A DNA stretch of 44,620 bases from Tidjanibacter sp. (lineage in GTDB: Bacteria; Bacteroidota; Bacteroidia; Bacteroidales; Rikenellaceae): positions 1-44,620 of the forward strand of contig JAZODY010000111.1 of the NCBI GenBank assembly GCA_045597245.1, read 5' to 3'. Below are positions 35,707 to 44,252 of the stretch, in pieces. The number at the start of each line of letters is the position of its first letter. Position 1 is the stretch's first letter. Position numbers and translations under genes: made by a program. The notes below the pieces were generated by a model. It was not told where the DNA came from and did not search any database. It worked only from the letters and a program-made list of their open reading frames with translations.

Positions 35707-36901
35707 CAATTTAAGCGTACTGCCTTGGTATGCGTCTATCGAGGAGCAGAATGCCCGCCGTTGGTGGGTATATAAACGTGTGTATCCGTTATTCACTCCG
35801 GCAGGTTATCTGCCGCCATTCCAATTGCTGCGTGAACATTTGATTTCATACACCAAAGGCAATGAAATTTCATCGGATGACTACGATAATGGCGTTTTAA
35901 CACCCGATGGACATTGGGATTCCACAGGCTCTCAATTCGGTATTCATTCCTTTGAATCCCTTTCAGGCGTGGATGCGGTATATTTTGAGGGCATCCCAGA
36001 AACTGCGCCGCTAATGGTTACGGCCGTGGCTTTGAATGACAATAACGATGTATTGGGAACATTCACGGCCCAATTTGATGAAAGTGGGTTATTTTCCGGC
36101 GGTTGGGTTTTACCCACAGGAACAACAAAACTTTGGGTACAAGATTACAACGCCGATTATCCCGATGCTTCACCAAAATTATATGCGGCTACAACATCCA
36201 CGGCCGGGATTGAATCATTTGCGATTTACACAAAGGAAGGCGAATTGGTTGGCAATTATGACCCATCCGAAATGGGCTTTTCCATTGTGCCGTTCCTAAA
36301 TTTGGGTTATGACGTAATCGTATTCCCCGGGCAACTGCCGGTGTTAGGCAATTTTGAAAATGGGCAATATTATGCCGTAATGTCCGATGGAACGAACACG
36401 TGGTATTCGGAAATCTTTACCGTGGTAAATGATATTTCGCCATACCTTAAATTGGAGTGGTGGGATGCGGAGAATTTCGTAATGGATGCCGGCACGATTG
36501 TGTATAAAAATCCTTCCTTCAAAAACGTCTTGTATCTGGATGCAACCATTGCGAAGCCGGAATATCGTTTTGAGGAAGAAGGCGAGGAAAGAGATGGGTA
36601 TTTCTTCCCGACAAAACAGATTTCGGAGAAACGGTATAGATTTGCGTTCTTTGCAAGCGAATATCTTCTGGACGTGTTGCGCTTTGTCCGCATGGCGGAT
36701 TTCGCGCAAATTACTAAAAACGGGCAGGTCTATTCGTTAGACACCTTCCTTATCACTCCCGAATGGGAGAGCAATGGCGATGTCGCAGGTGTAACGGCAG
36801 AATTCGACACGGCGACTGTTGCGAAGAAGATTGGCACGGGTTATATCAAAGCCCTTCGCGGCGATTTCAATGACGACTTTAATAACGATTTTGATATATG
36901 A
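35693..36901 (+). CDS. Tail/baseplate protein ending in DFNDDFNNDFDI
   Basis: 402 aa; position in the tail module. Confidence 0.7.
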   Translation: MIPNNNLSVLPWYASIEEQNARRWWVYKRVYPLFTPAGYLPPFQLLREHLISYTKGNEISSDDYDNGVLTPDGHWDSTGSQFGIHSFESLSGVDAVYFEGIPETAPLMVTAVALNDNNDVLGTFTAQFDESGLFSGGWVLPTGTTKLWVQDYNADYPDASPKLYAATTSTAGIESFAIYTKEGELVGNYDPSEMGFSIVPFLNLGYDVIVFPGQLPVLGNFENGQYYAVMSDGTNTWYSEIFTVVNDISPYLKLEWWDAENFVMDAGTIVYKNPSFKNVLYLDATIAKPEYRFEEEGEERDGYFFPTKQISEKRYRFAFFASEYLLDVLRFVRMADFAQITKNGQVYSLDTFLITPEWESNGDVAGVTAEFDTATVAKKIGTGYIKALRGDFNDDFNNDFDI

Positions 36902-38985
36902 ATTACGAGAACTTAAAAGACGCCATTGTTGCGGTAATTAAGCAAAATGGCAACGAAGAAATAACCGGCAACCTCTTGCAACAAGTGCTGGTCGCAATGG
37001 TCAATTCCCTTGGAAGCGGGTATCAATTCATGGGTGTTGCAAGGGCATCCACGAATCCGGGGACATTAGACCAAAAAGTTTTTTACCTGTCCGGGGCCGT
37101 TGGCGAATTGGTTTTGCCCAATTTTGGCATAACGGTTGAAGATGAAATTTGTGCCTTAATTTATGACACGTCGTGGACAAAACTTAACATCATGTCCATT
37201 GATGATGTTCCGGTTGAGGATAGCCCTAATTTGATTTCAAGCATGGCCGTTGCATCGGCCATTGAAAATGCCTTGAACGCGATTGAAAATGAGTATGCAA
37301 AGAAAGTTGGTATCTACCCGAATTTGGTTGCCGGAAGCGCGAAAAGTGTTGTGAATCCTGTTGCGCTTGCGGGTTCGTTCCTATTCCGTCCGACCGGGGA
37401 CGGGGCCGCAATCGGTAGGGGCAATGCCATCTTTTCGGAATTGCGCGGTAAATCGCTTGTTTGGAACCAGATGGTGGCAGATGCAAATATTTCTTTCTCC
37501 GTCAACTATACAGGGGGGGGACAGGCACAAAGTGTTCCGGGCTATTATTCTGTCATAAGTGGGCGAAAATATCTTGTAAGGATTTCAAACCCTGTAAACC
37601 ATCTACAAGCCCGTTTTAGGGATGTGACTGCGGGTATAAATCCATCATGGGAAAGGACAACCGCTTTCATTTATACGCCATCGGTTTCATCCACTAATAC
37701 AACCTTTATTCAAGTTATTGGAGTAGAAGAAGGGATTGTTTCGGGGGATATAAATATTGTTGACCTTACATTGATGTTTGGGGCCGGCAACGAACCCGCT
37801 ACCGTTGCGGATTTTGAAAAAATGTTCCCATTGCCTTACTATGCCTATAACGCGGGCAAAGTAATACCATTTGCGGCGCAAGATTATGAAACCACGGGGC
37901 TAAATCAGTGGGACGAAGAATGGGAGTTGGGGTATATTGACACCACAACGGGGGCTAATGTCCCCGATTCCACCAGAATACGGAGTAAAAACTATATCCC
38001 CGTAATAGGCGGGCGTTCTTACTATTATAAGCAGTCGGCTGGCACGGTTGGCCCGCGTGTGTGCTTTTATGATGCAAATAAGGAATTTATACCCGATGGG
38101 GCAACTACTAACCTTGGCGTGAACATCGTTTTTAATATTCCGAATGGTGCAAGTTTTATGCGTTTTTCCCCGCACTCCTCCTACGGCGCAACCTACAACC
38201 ATGACATTTGCATCAACCTTTCCGGCCCCAGAAACGGCGAATACGAACCTTATAAGAAAACCACATTGCATTTGAATCCGGCGGGTTGGGTTGACACATA
38301 CGACAATTACATTTATCCGTATGGCGGTACGCACGGGGTTGGTTCGGCTTATGATTTCGCGAAGGTGGGTGCAGATGGATATATAAGGAAGGCAACACGC
38401 ACGTTTGTAAGGGTGAATATGGGGGATTTGAGTTGGTCTTATAATGGCACATATTCTTGCTTTATAGCATCGCCCGCAGGTTGTGCCATTGGTGTTTCGG
38501 AGAAAATGCAGGTTGTTTGTGGTAAATACGCCGCCCATCCCACTACCGGGCTATCGTCTTTGGGAACATTAGACAAGGCGGTTTTATTAAGAACCAACTA
38601 CGCATCTATTATTATAAGAGATTCGGCCTATACTGATGCCGCCGCGTTTAGAACCGCGATGGATGGCGTTTACATTATTTTCCAACTTGCCACCCCGGTT
38701 GAATCGACATTGGATGAACCCGTTAAGGCATACACCGATGTTGACGGAAGCGGCACCGAAGCATGGAAGCCGGATAACACTACCGACCCGTACACCACGC
38801 CTTGTGATGTAAGTATATTCTATCCGTTAGACATTGCGGGCGGTGTTATCAGTGCGCAATCCTTCGCCAATTTCTGCACCGAACTTTCCACAAAGTTGGG
38901 CGCGGCCTTGAATAAGACAATTTCCATTGCGGCAACCTATAATGCCGCCACGGAACAATATGGTTACACTATAACAATTTCGTAA
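36898..38985 (+). CDS. Tail fibre/receptor-binding protein
   Basis: N-terminal YENLKDAIVAVIKQNGNEEITGNLLQQVL; modular beta-rich body (DLTLMFGAGNEP; CFYDANKEFI). Confidence 0.75.
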   Translation: MNYENLKDAIVAVIKQNGNEEITGNLLQQVLVAMVNSLGSGYQFMGVARASTNPGTLDQKVFYLSGAVGELVLPNFGITVEDEICALIYDTSWTKLNIMSIDDVPVEDSPNLISSMAVASAIENALNAIENEYAKKVGIYPNLVAGSAKSVVNPVALAGSFLFRPTGDGAAIGRGNAIFSELRGKSLVWNQMVADANISFSVNYTGGGQAQSVPGYYSVISGRKYLVRISNPVNHLQARFRDVTAGINPSWERTTAFIYTPSVSSTNTTFIQVIGVEEGIVSGDINIVDLTLMFGAGNEPATVADFEKMFPLPYYAYNAGKVIPFAAQDYETTGLNQWDEEWELGYIDTTTGANVPDSTRIRSKNYIPVIGGRSYYYKQSAGTVGPRVCFYDANKEFIPDGATTNLGVNIVFNIPNGASFMRFSPHSSYGATYNHDICINLSGPRNGEYEPYKKTTLHLNPAGWVDTYDNYIYPYGGTHGVGSAYDFAKVGADGYIRKATRTFVRVNMGDLSWSYNGTYSCFIASPAGCAIGVSEKMQVVCGKYAAHPTTGLSSLGTLDKAVLLRTNYASIIIRDSAYTDAAAFRTAMDGVYIIFQLATPVESTLDEPVKAYTDVDGSGTEAWKPDNTTDPYTTPCDVSIFYPLDIAGGVISAQSFANFCTELSTKLGAALNKTISIAATYNAATEQYGYTITIS

Positions 38986-38986
38986 A

Positions 38987-39244
38987 ATGGGAACCGAAAA
39001 GCCATTAAAAGAAAAATGCCGCGAATGCGCGATTGTGTTTTGCATTTGCTTGTTGGTGTCCATCGGCCTATTGTTGGGTGGATTCTTCATGCCGCCACAA
39101 GGCAAAATTGATGGCAGTGTATTAAAGGCCGTCGGGGAATTGTTCGGATTCGCCGCACTTGCCGTGGGTGCGCATGCCATCGAATTGGGCTACGATTTGA
39201 AGGTTAGCAACGGAAACACAAGTGTAGAAATTCATAACGAATAG
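38987..39244 (+). CDS. Holin-like two-TM protein
   Basis: Two TM helices; PPQGKIDGSVL; immediately upstream of the endolysin. Confidence 0.65.
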   Translation: MGTEKPLKEKCRECAIVFCICLLVSIGLLLGGFFMPPQGKIDGSVLKAVGELFGFAALAVGAHAIELGYDLKVSNGNTSVEIHNE

Positions 39245-39246
39245 CA

Positions 39247-39609
39247 ATGGCAAAGTATTTTAACGAATCGGAATTTAAGGCATGCACGCCGCCATGTTCA
39301 TTGCAGGACATGAAGCAAAGCACCATGGACAAATTGGATGCGGCCCGTGAAATGGCCGGTATTCCGTTTGTACTTAATTCCGCATATCGTTCCCCGGCAT
39401 GGGAAAAGAAACATGGCCGTTCCGGGGATGGTCCGCACACGCATCATTGCGCCGTGGACATACGTTGCAACACAAGCCAAAATCGCATGAAGATTGTTGC
39501 GGCCCTGTTGGCCGTTGGATTCGTTCGAATCGGTATAGGCAAAACATACATCCATGCTGACGACGACCCGACAAAAGCGCAGAACGTCATTTGGCACTAT
39601 TACGAATAA
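39247..39609 (+). CDS. Endolysin, peptidase M15 family
   Basis: YFNESEF.C...NSAYRS...H....AVDI...RIGI..TYIHAD. Confidence 0.9.
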   Translation: MAKYFNESEFKACTPPCSLQDMKQSTMDKLDAAREMAGIPFVLNSAYRSPAWEKKHGRSGDGPHTHHCAVDIRCNTSQNRMKIVAALLAVGFVRIGIGKTYIHADDDPTKAQNVIWHYYE

Positions 39610-39656
39610 CATGTTACTAACATGGTTAACATTTTAACAACAAAAAATTAACAGTC

Positions 39657-40022
39657 ATGACAAAAGAACAAATCCTTGCGTTGATTGACGCAAAAATTGC
39701 CGGCCAAGGAACAAACGTTGACGCCGGCGGCGCATTGGCCGAAGTCCTTTCCGCCATTGCAGGCGCAGCCGCGCCCATTGAAGTTTCCGACATTACCGCA
39801 TTGACGGCCGCACAACTTGACGCGCTGAACGTCGGGGATAAGGTCGTGAAGGTGACCAGCACGCAGAAACATCTGTATGTGGTTACCTATAAGGCGACCA
39901 CAGGTGGTGGCCTTTGCCTTTCCTATTTCGACGCCGTGAATACGGAAACCGTATCTTACGACCGTACCGCAAGCGGATGGGCATACAATTCCACCGATAA
40001 GGGTGCAATTCCGTCGGCATAA
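39657..40022 (+). CDS. Small virion fibre/decoration protein (putative)
   Basis: N terminus resembles that of the 36898 protein; A-rich leader. Confidence 0.55.
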   Translation: MTKEQILALIDAKIAGQGTNVDAGGALAEVLSAIAGAAAPIEVSDITALTAAQLDALNVGDKVVKVTSTQKHLYVVTYKATTGGGLCLSYFDAVNTETVSYDRTASGWAYNSTDKGAIPSA

Positions 40023-40639
40023 TGGACATTCGCACTAAAATCGAAATCGGGGTTGCGGTCGTAGTGGCCGCAATCCTTTTCATTTGCGGGGCGCAATGTC
40101 GGAGCGTCCGGGAACTGACCGGCGAAAGGGATAAATATCGCAACAACTCTGTTGCACTTTTGGGCGATGTGCAACAATATCGTGTGCGTGATTCCTTGAA
40201 TGCGGCCCGCGTGCAATCAATGGAACTAACCATAAAGGAGTTCCAAAGGTTCCGCGCTGACGATGCGCAACTGATTCGGGAATTGACCGCCCGCAACCGG
40301 GATTTGGCCGCAGTCAACAAAACGCAGTCGCAGACCATTATTGATTTGAAGGCCATGCCACGGGACACGACCATTATTCGGGACACGATACCCATTCCGG
40401 CCGTGGCCGTTCATTGCGGCGATGCTTGGTTTGATTTTACGGGGGTGTTGACTGAAAAAGAATTTACCGGCACATTGACTAACCGGGATTCGCTTGTGGT
40501 GGCCGAATCCGTGCAATATAAACGATTCTTGGGTTTCCTCTGGAAGACCCGCACGGTTAAGAACCGCCGCGTTGATGTGGTTAGCAAAAACCCCCATACG
40601 ACAATTTTAGGCGTCGAACATGTCGTGATTGAAAGATAA
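40022..40639 (+). CDS. Spanin/Rz-like membrane-anchored coiled-coil protein
   Basis: N-terminal TM, coiled coil, KRFLGFLW...SKNPHT; located in the lysis module. Confidence 0.6.
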   Translation: MDIRTKIEIGVAVVVAAILFICGAQCRSVRELTGERDKYRNNSVALLGDVQQYRVRDSLNAARVQSMELTIKEFQRFRADDAQLIRELTARNRDLAAVNKTQSQTIIDLKAMPRDTTIIRDTIPIPAVAVHCGDAWFDFTGVLTEKEFTGTLTNRDSLVVAESVQYKRFLGFLWKTRTVKNRRVDVVSKNPHTTILGVEHVVIER

Positions 40640-40656
40640 ATCATTATCTTTGTGCC

Positions 40657-40723
40657 ATTGGTATTTGCATAGGTTTTTCATTCTCACTATTCCCACCCCG
40701 TTGTGAAACGCGGTGGGTTTTTT
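40657..40723 (+). ncRNA. Putative sRNA-3; its terminator also ends the late operon
   Basis: TATCTTTG at 40645-40652, ~35 nt U-rich region, CCCACCCCGTT/AACGCGGTGGG hairpin + T6. Confidence 0.55.
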
Positions 40724-40740
40724 CATACGATTGCCGTTTT

Positions 40741-40826
40741 TCGCGTTTTCGTGCGTTTTAAGAGCCTTATAGCACCCAAGCAATATAATTCCCATTTTCG
40801 TGCTATAAGTGTCTTAAACGCGATTT
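40741..40826. repeat. Dispersed TTTAAGAG element, copy 7 (best-formed inverted repeat)
   Basis: GCGTTTTAAGA-GC-CTTATAGCAC ... GTGCTATAAG-TG-TCTTAAACGC. Confidence 0.8.
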
Positions 40827-40877
40827 AATCAAAATTTAACTCAAAAAAGGGCAAAAACTCAAAAAAGTTAATTTTTT

Positions 40878-40908
40878 TGGTACAATGTTAAAAAAAGTTG
40901 TATATTTG
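40878..40908 (+). promoter_or_regulatory. Early promoter repeat, copy 4
   Basis: Same motif with A7 instead of A8. Confidence 0.85.
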
Positions 40909-40965
40909 CCTTCGAAAACATACCGCACCGGGGCGATACTCGGAAACAAAATAATGAACAGAACA

Positions 40966-41199
40966 ATGGCAAAGCTCAAATACACCAGCAAGGAAATCAA
41001 TAACAATTACAAGATTAAGGTTTCCGGCATCTTCGAAGGCAAAAAGATAAACACTCTTGTTGGAGTGGCCGGCCTTCTGAATATCGTTAATGACATCGAC
41101 CTTACAAACCGCCTCCTTGACAGGGCTTTCTCCTGCATGGAAGATGTTTGCGTTTGCAAGCTCCGTCGTGGCATCAAGATTTCATTTTACGTTGCTTAA
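40966..41199 (+). CDS. Hypothetical early protein
   Basis: 77 aa (alternative start 40954); CKLRRGIKISFY. Confidence 0.7.
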   Translation: MAKLKYTSKEINNNYKIKVSGIFEGKKINTLVGVAGLLNIVNDIDLTNRLLDRAFSCMEDVCVCKLRRGIKISFYVA

Positions 41200-41211
41200 T
41201 TCCCCGCCATT

Positions 41212-41955
41212 ATGTACACGATTGGGTTTACAACCAAGTTTTACACGCTTTGGGACGTGAGCGTTGAACACATTACGAACGCATACGGCCGCAAGGGCGA
41301 ACGCGTGACCGCCAATTACATCAAGAATATTTCGATGGACGAACAGTCCGCCCGGGCCAAATACCCAGACGCCCCGGTTGACTTGGGGTTGCGCGGCCAT
41401 TCGTCTTTTTGCCGGACCAATTGGGAACCGTTGCCGTCCGACGTTTTCCCGTGCGGCAAGTATATGGGCCAACCCATTGCCGATTGCACCGATTTCGGAT
41501 ACCTGTATTGGGCCATTGATACCAATATGTTGTGTGGCGAATCCCGGGACATTGCCGTTGCTGTTCTGTTGGGTTCTGAGCAATACGGCCAATATGACGA
41601 TATGATTTTACCGATGGGCCGCGTTAATGACTTGTTGGCCCAAGATGCGGCCCGGGATGAAATCGCGGCGGCCATTGACATTAACGGTTGCGTTGAACTG
41701 TTGAACGTGTCCAACATCAAAGATTGGGACGAAAACGGGTTTGGTTCGGAAACAGGTGTTGACCGCGTGAATTTGATTTGGGTTCGCGCCGCCATCGAAC
41801 GTTTCGAATACAACGGTTGGGAATACTTTTTACCCGTCAAGGGCGGAAAGGCAAAGCGTATTAAAGGAAAGAAATTGCGCATTGTCGCAGACCATTACAC
41901 GAACGACCGCCGTTATTTGGACGTGTATGTAAAGGATTTTGAAATAGTCAAGTAA
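41212..41955 (+). CDS. Hypothetical protein with DUF3820-like motif
   Basis: VFPCGKYMGQPIAD....YLYW. Confidence 0.65.
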   Translation: MYTIGFTTKFYTLWDVSVEHITNAYGRKGERVTANYIKNISMDEQSARAKYPDAPVDLGLRGHSSFCRTNWEPLPSDVFPCGKYMGQPIADCTDFGYLYWAIDTNMLCGESRDIAVAVLLGSEQYGQYDDMILPMGRVNDLLAQDAARDEIAAAIDINGCVELLNVSNIKDWDENGFGSETGVDRVNLIWVRAAIERFEYNGWEYFLPVKGGKAKRIKGKKLRIVADHYTNDRRYLDVYVKDFEIVK

Positions 41956-41995
41956 TTAACCGGGCCGGGCAACCGCCCAACGTAAATAACGAAAT

Positions 41996-42235
41996 ATGGA
42001 CAAAGTATATTCTATTTGGGGAATAAAGCAAAACGGAAACCGGGAAATCCATTATCATGTTTGCGATGGTTTCGCAAAAGATGAAAATGAAATAAAAACA
42101 ATCGCCGAAAATGTAAAAAACAAAGGTTTTTTCTATAAGAAGGTTCTTATTTTTCCGGAAGCCGTAGCGGTTGTTATTTATTGGCAACGAACATATCCCG
42201 CCACACCAATTATTGAAAAAAAATTTATTGTATAG
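41996..42235 (+). CDS. Hypothetical protein
   Basis: 79 aa, AT-rich. Confidence 0.6.
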   Translation: MDKVYSIWGIKQNGNREIHYHVCDGFAKDENEIKTIAENVKNKGFFYKKVLIFPEAVAVVIYWQRTYPATPIIEKKFIV

Positions 42236-42237
42236 CG

Positions 42238-42420
42238 ATGAAAATTATTTACACAGACCGGTACACATTCGGCGGATTTAATTGCGACGGAAACCGATTG
42301 TTTTTCGTTATTCCCTGTTTGCGAATTTCATTTATGCCATTTCGAGATTCGTTCGAATTGGTGTTTGGGTTCGGAATCCTATTTTGGGAATTTGTATGGA
42401 CTATTGAAATAGAAAAGTAA
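42238..42420 (+). CDS. Hypothetical hydrophobic protein
   Basis: 60 aa. Confidence 0.55.
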   Translation: MKIIYTDRYTFGGFNCDGNRLFFVIPCLRISFMPFRDSFELVFGFGILFWEFVWTIEIEK

Positions 42421-42513
42421 TATGAAACAGATTTGGCAAGAAATTAAAGACCGTTGGCCGCTTGCAGTTCTGGGCGCGGTCGCTGGATTATTAACCGCAA
42501 TTCTTTGGTAGCC

Positions 42514-42789
42514 ATGAATGAAAGACTTGAAATTGAGATTGCAAGGTATTCCGGGCAAATTAGTCCAGATAAAGCGAAGAATCAACCTTTTGCGACATTG
42601 GATAAATGCGCTCGCTATTTCTACAAACTTGCGCTTGAAGATGTTCGGGAAAAGGTCGAAGAATTTGACGAGAAATATAGAACTATGAGGGTAGATAAGG
42701 ATGTATCGGTTCAGGTGGCTAAAGAGGCAGATTTAGTTGTTCATGTGTTGCAAGAACTTGGTGTTTCCATTGACAGTCTAACAAAATAA
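42514..42789 (+). CDS. Hypothetical protein
   Basis: 91 aa; ARYFYKLALEDV. Confidence 0.65.
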   Translation: MNERLEIEIARYSGQISPDKAKNQPFATLDKCARYFYKLALEDVREKVEEFDEKYRTMRVDKDVSVQVAKEADLVVHVLQELGVSIDSLTK

Positions 42790-42793
42790 TACT

Positions 42794-43150
42794 ATGACAC
42801 GGGAAGAAATAAAAAAGAAAGCATTTGAGGCTTACCCTCAAAATTGGCTAATTGATGGCCCACTCCAATATGATTTGAATATAAAGTATCGTGAAGGCTA
42901 TATTAAAGCCCTCGCCGAAATAAACAAACTCCCGAAAATTCACGGATGGGTAGCAAGGGATGAAGACGCCGAATTGCATTTCTTTGGCTCCGAACTTGGG
43001 GATGGAAAGCCCTGTTATGACGAAGACTATGGTGCATGGGGAAATGCCACATGTAACATGATAAATATATCAAGGGAAGCTGGCCCATTTGGCGACTTGA
43101 AATATACAGACGTTCCCATCGAAGTTGAACTGTTGATTCGAAAGAAATGA
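42794..43150 (+). CDS. Hypothetical protein
   Basis: 118 aa; GWVARDED..LHFF...P.EVEL. Confidence 0.7.
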   Translation: MTREEIKKKAFEAYPQNWLIDGPLQYDLNIKYREGYIKALAEINKLPKIHGWVARDEDAELHFFGSELGDGKPCYDEDYGAWGNATCNMINISREAGPFGDLKYTDVPIEVELLIRKK

Positions 43151-43935
43151 ATATGGAAAACAGATACGAATGTGAAATCCCGGAGGGATACGAAGCCCGA
43201 ATCGAGGAAAACAAGGTTGTCCTTATACCGAAGGAGAGCGAGGACGAGAAGATAAGGGAGGAAATAATTACATATTTGCGTTCCTGTCACGAGCCTTATA
43301 TGAAAGAATGGATTTCCTACCTTGAACGGCAGAAAGAGCAGAAACCCGCGTTCAACGACTACCTTAAAGCAACCCCAACTGAAAGGAGAAAGATGAGTAT
43401 GACGGAGATTCTCGAAAAAGAACAGAAGCCCAAAATGATTCAATGGACAGGAAAAAACCTAAAAGAAGTCATCGACTTTACAGGTAAATCTCCAAGATTT
43501 GATGAGTGGTTTAAGTCGTGGGACGATTTCGAGAACTATGTGCATACTCACAATGACATACTGAAACTTTTCTGTGAGGACGGAAGTTACTACGAAGTTC
43601 CCATAGGTGCATGGATAGTCAAGACCCCGGACGGTTATAATACCCCCTCCTGTTTTAGATTCATCCAGAAGTCCGCAGAGTGGAGCGAGGAGGATGAAGA
43701 TATGAGATACAAGGCTTCCGCTGTATTAAACAAACTTTGTGCTTCCAATGAAGAATTTGTTTGGGCGCATAGTACACTCGTCAAGGTATTTTACTGGCTC
43801 AAATCTCTCCGCCCCCAACCTCATTGGAAGCCCAGCGAGGAACAGATGGATGCACTTAAATATGCTCTTGGCGAAGGCGGCAAATTCAACAAGGCCGCTC
43901 TTGAATCTCTTTACGAACAACTCAAAAAGTTATAG
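43147..43935 (+). CDS. Mosaic hypothetical protein (WSEEDE / WKPSEEQM motifs)
   Basis: 262 aa; short motifs I associate with Bacteroidales phage accessory proteins. Confidence 0.7.
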   Translation: MNMENRYECEIPEGYEARIEENKVVLIPKESEDEKIREEIITYLRSCHEPYMKEWISYLERQKEQKPAFNDYLKATPTERRKMSMTEILEKEQKPKMIQWTGKNLKEVIDFTGKSPRFDEWFKSWDDFENYVHTHNDILKLFCEDGSYYEVPIGAWIVKTPDGYNTPSCFRFIQKSAEWSEEDEDMRYKASAVLNKLCASNEEFVWAHSTLVKVFYWLKSLRPQPHWKPSEEQMDALKYALGEGGKFNKAALESLYEQLKKL

Positions 43936-43937
43936 CC

Positions 43938-44252
43938 ATGAGCAAATACATCGACGCAGACAAACTGATGGCCGAGATAGAACGGCTGAAAGAAGAAACG
44001 CCCATAGGGATATGCGAATATGATAAGGGCGAAGAGAATGGAAGAATGGAGGTTCTAACATCTTTGCGTTCAACTATCATCTCCCTCCAGCAGGTTCCGC
44101 CGGAAGGGGTTCAGGGGACTGTACACCACTATGGTGGGTTCGTCCCTTATGTAGTTACTAACCAGGAACAACTCAACGCTCGCCTAAGACAATTCCCAAA
44201 CGATGCCGAGGTGGAGATATTCATAGAAGCAAGAAAGGAGGATACGAAATGA
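43938..44252 (+). CDS. Hypothetical protein
   Basis: 104 aa; KYIDADKL.AEIERL. Confidence 0.7.
   Translation: MSKYIDADKLMAEIERLKEETPIGICEYDKGEENGRMEVLTSLRSTIISLQQVPPEGVQGTVHHYGGFVPYVVTNQEQLNARLRQFPNDAEVEIFIEARKEDTK

Noticed and set aside
33190-40022. Diversity-generating retroelement or invertible tail-fibre shufflon
   Set aside because: No reverse transcriptase, TR/VR pair or site-specific recombinase seen
775-40908. Repeated 32-mer as a CRISPR or mini-array
   Set aside because: Copies are kilobases apart, end in a promoter box and have no spacer periodicity; no cas genes
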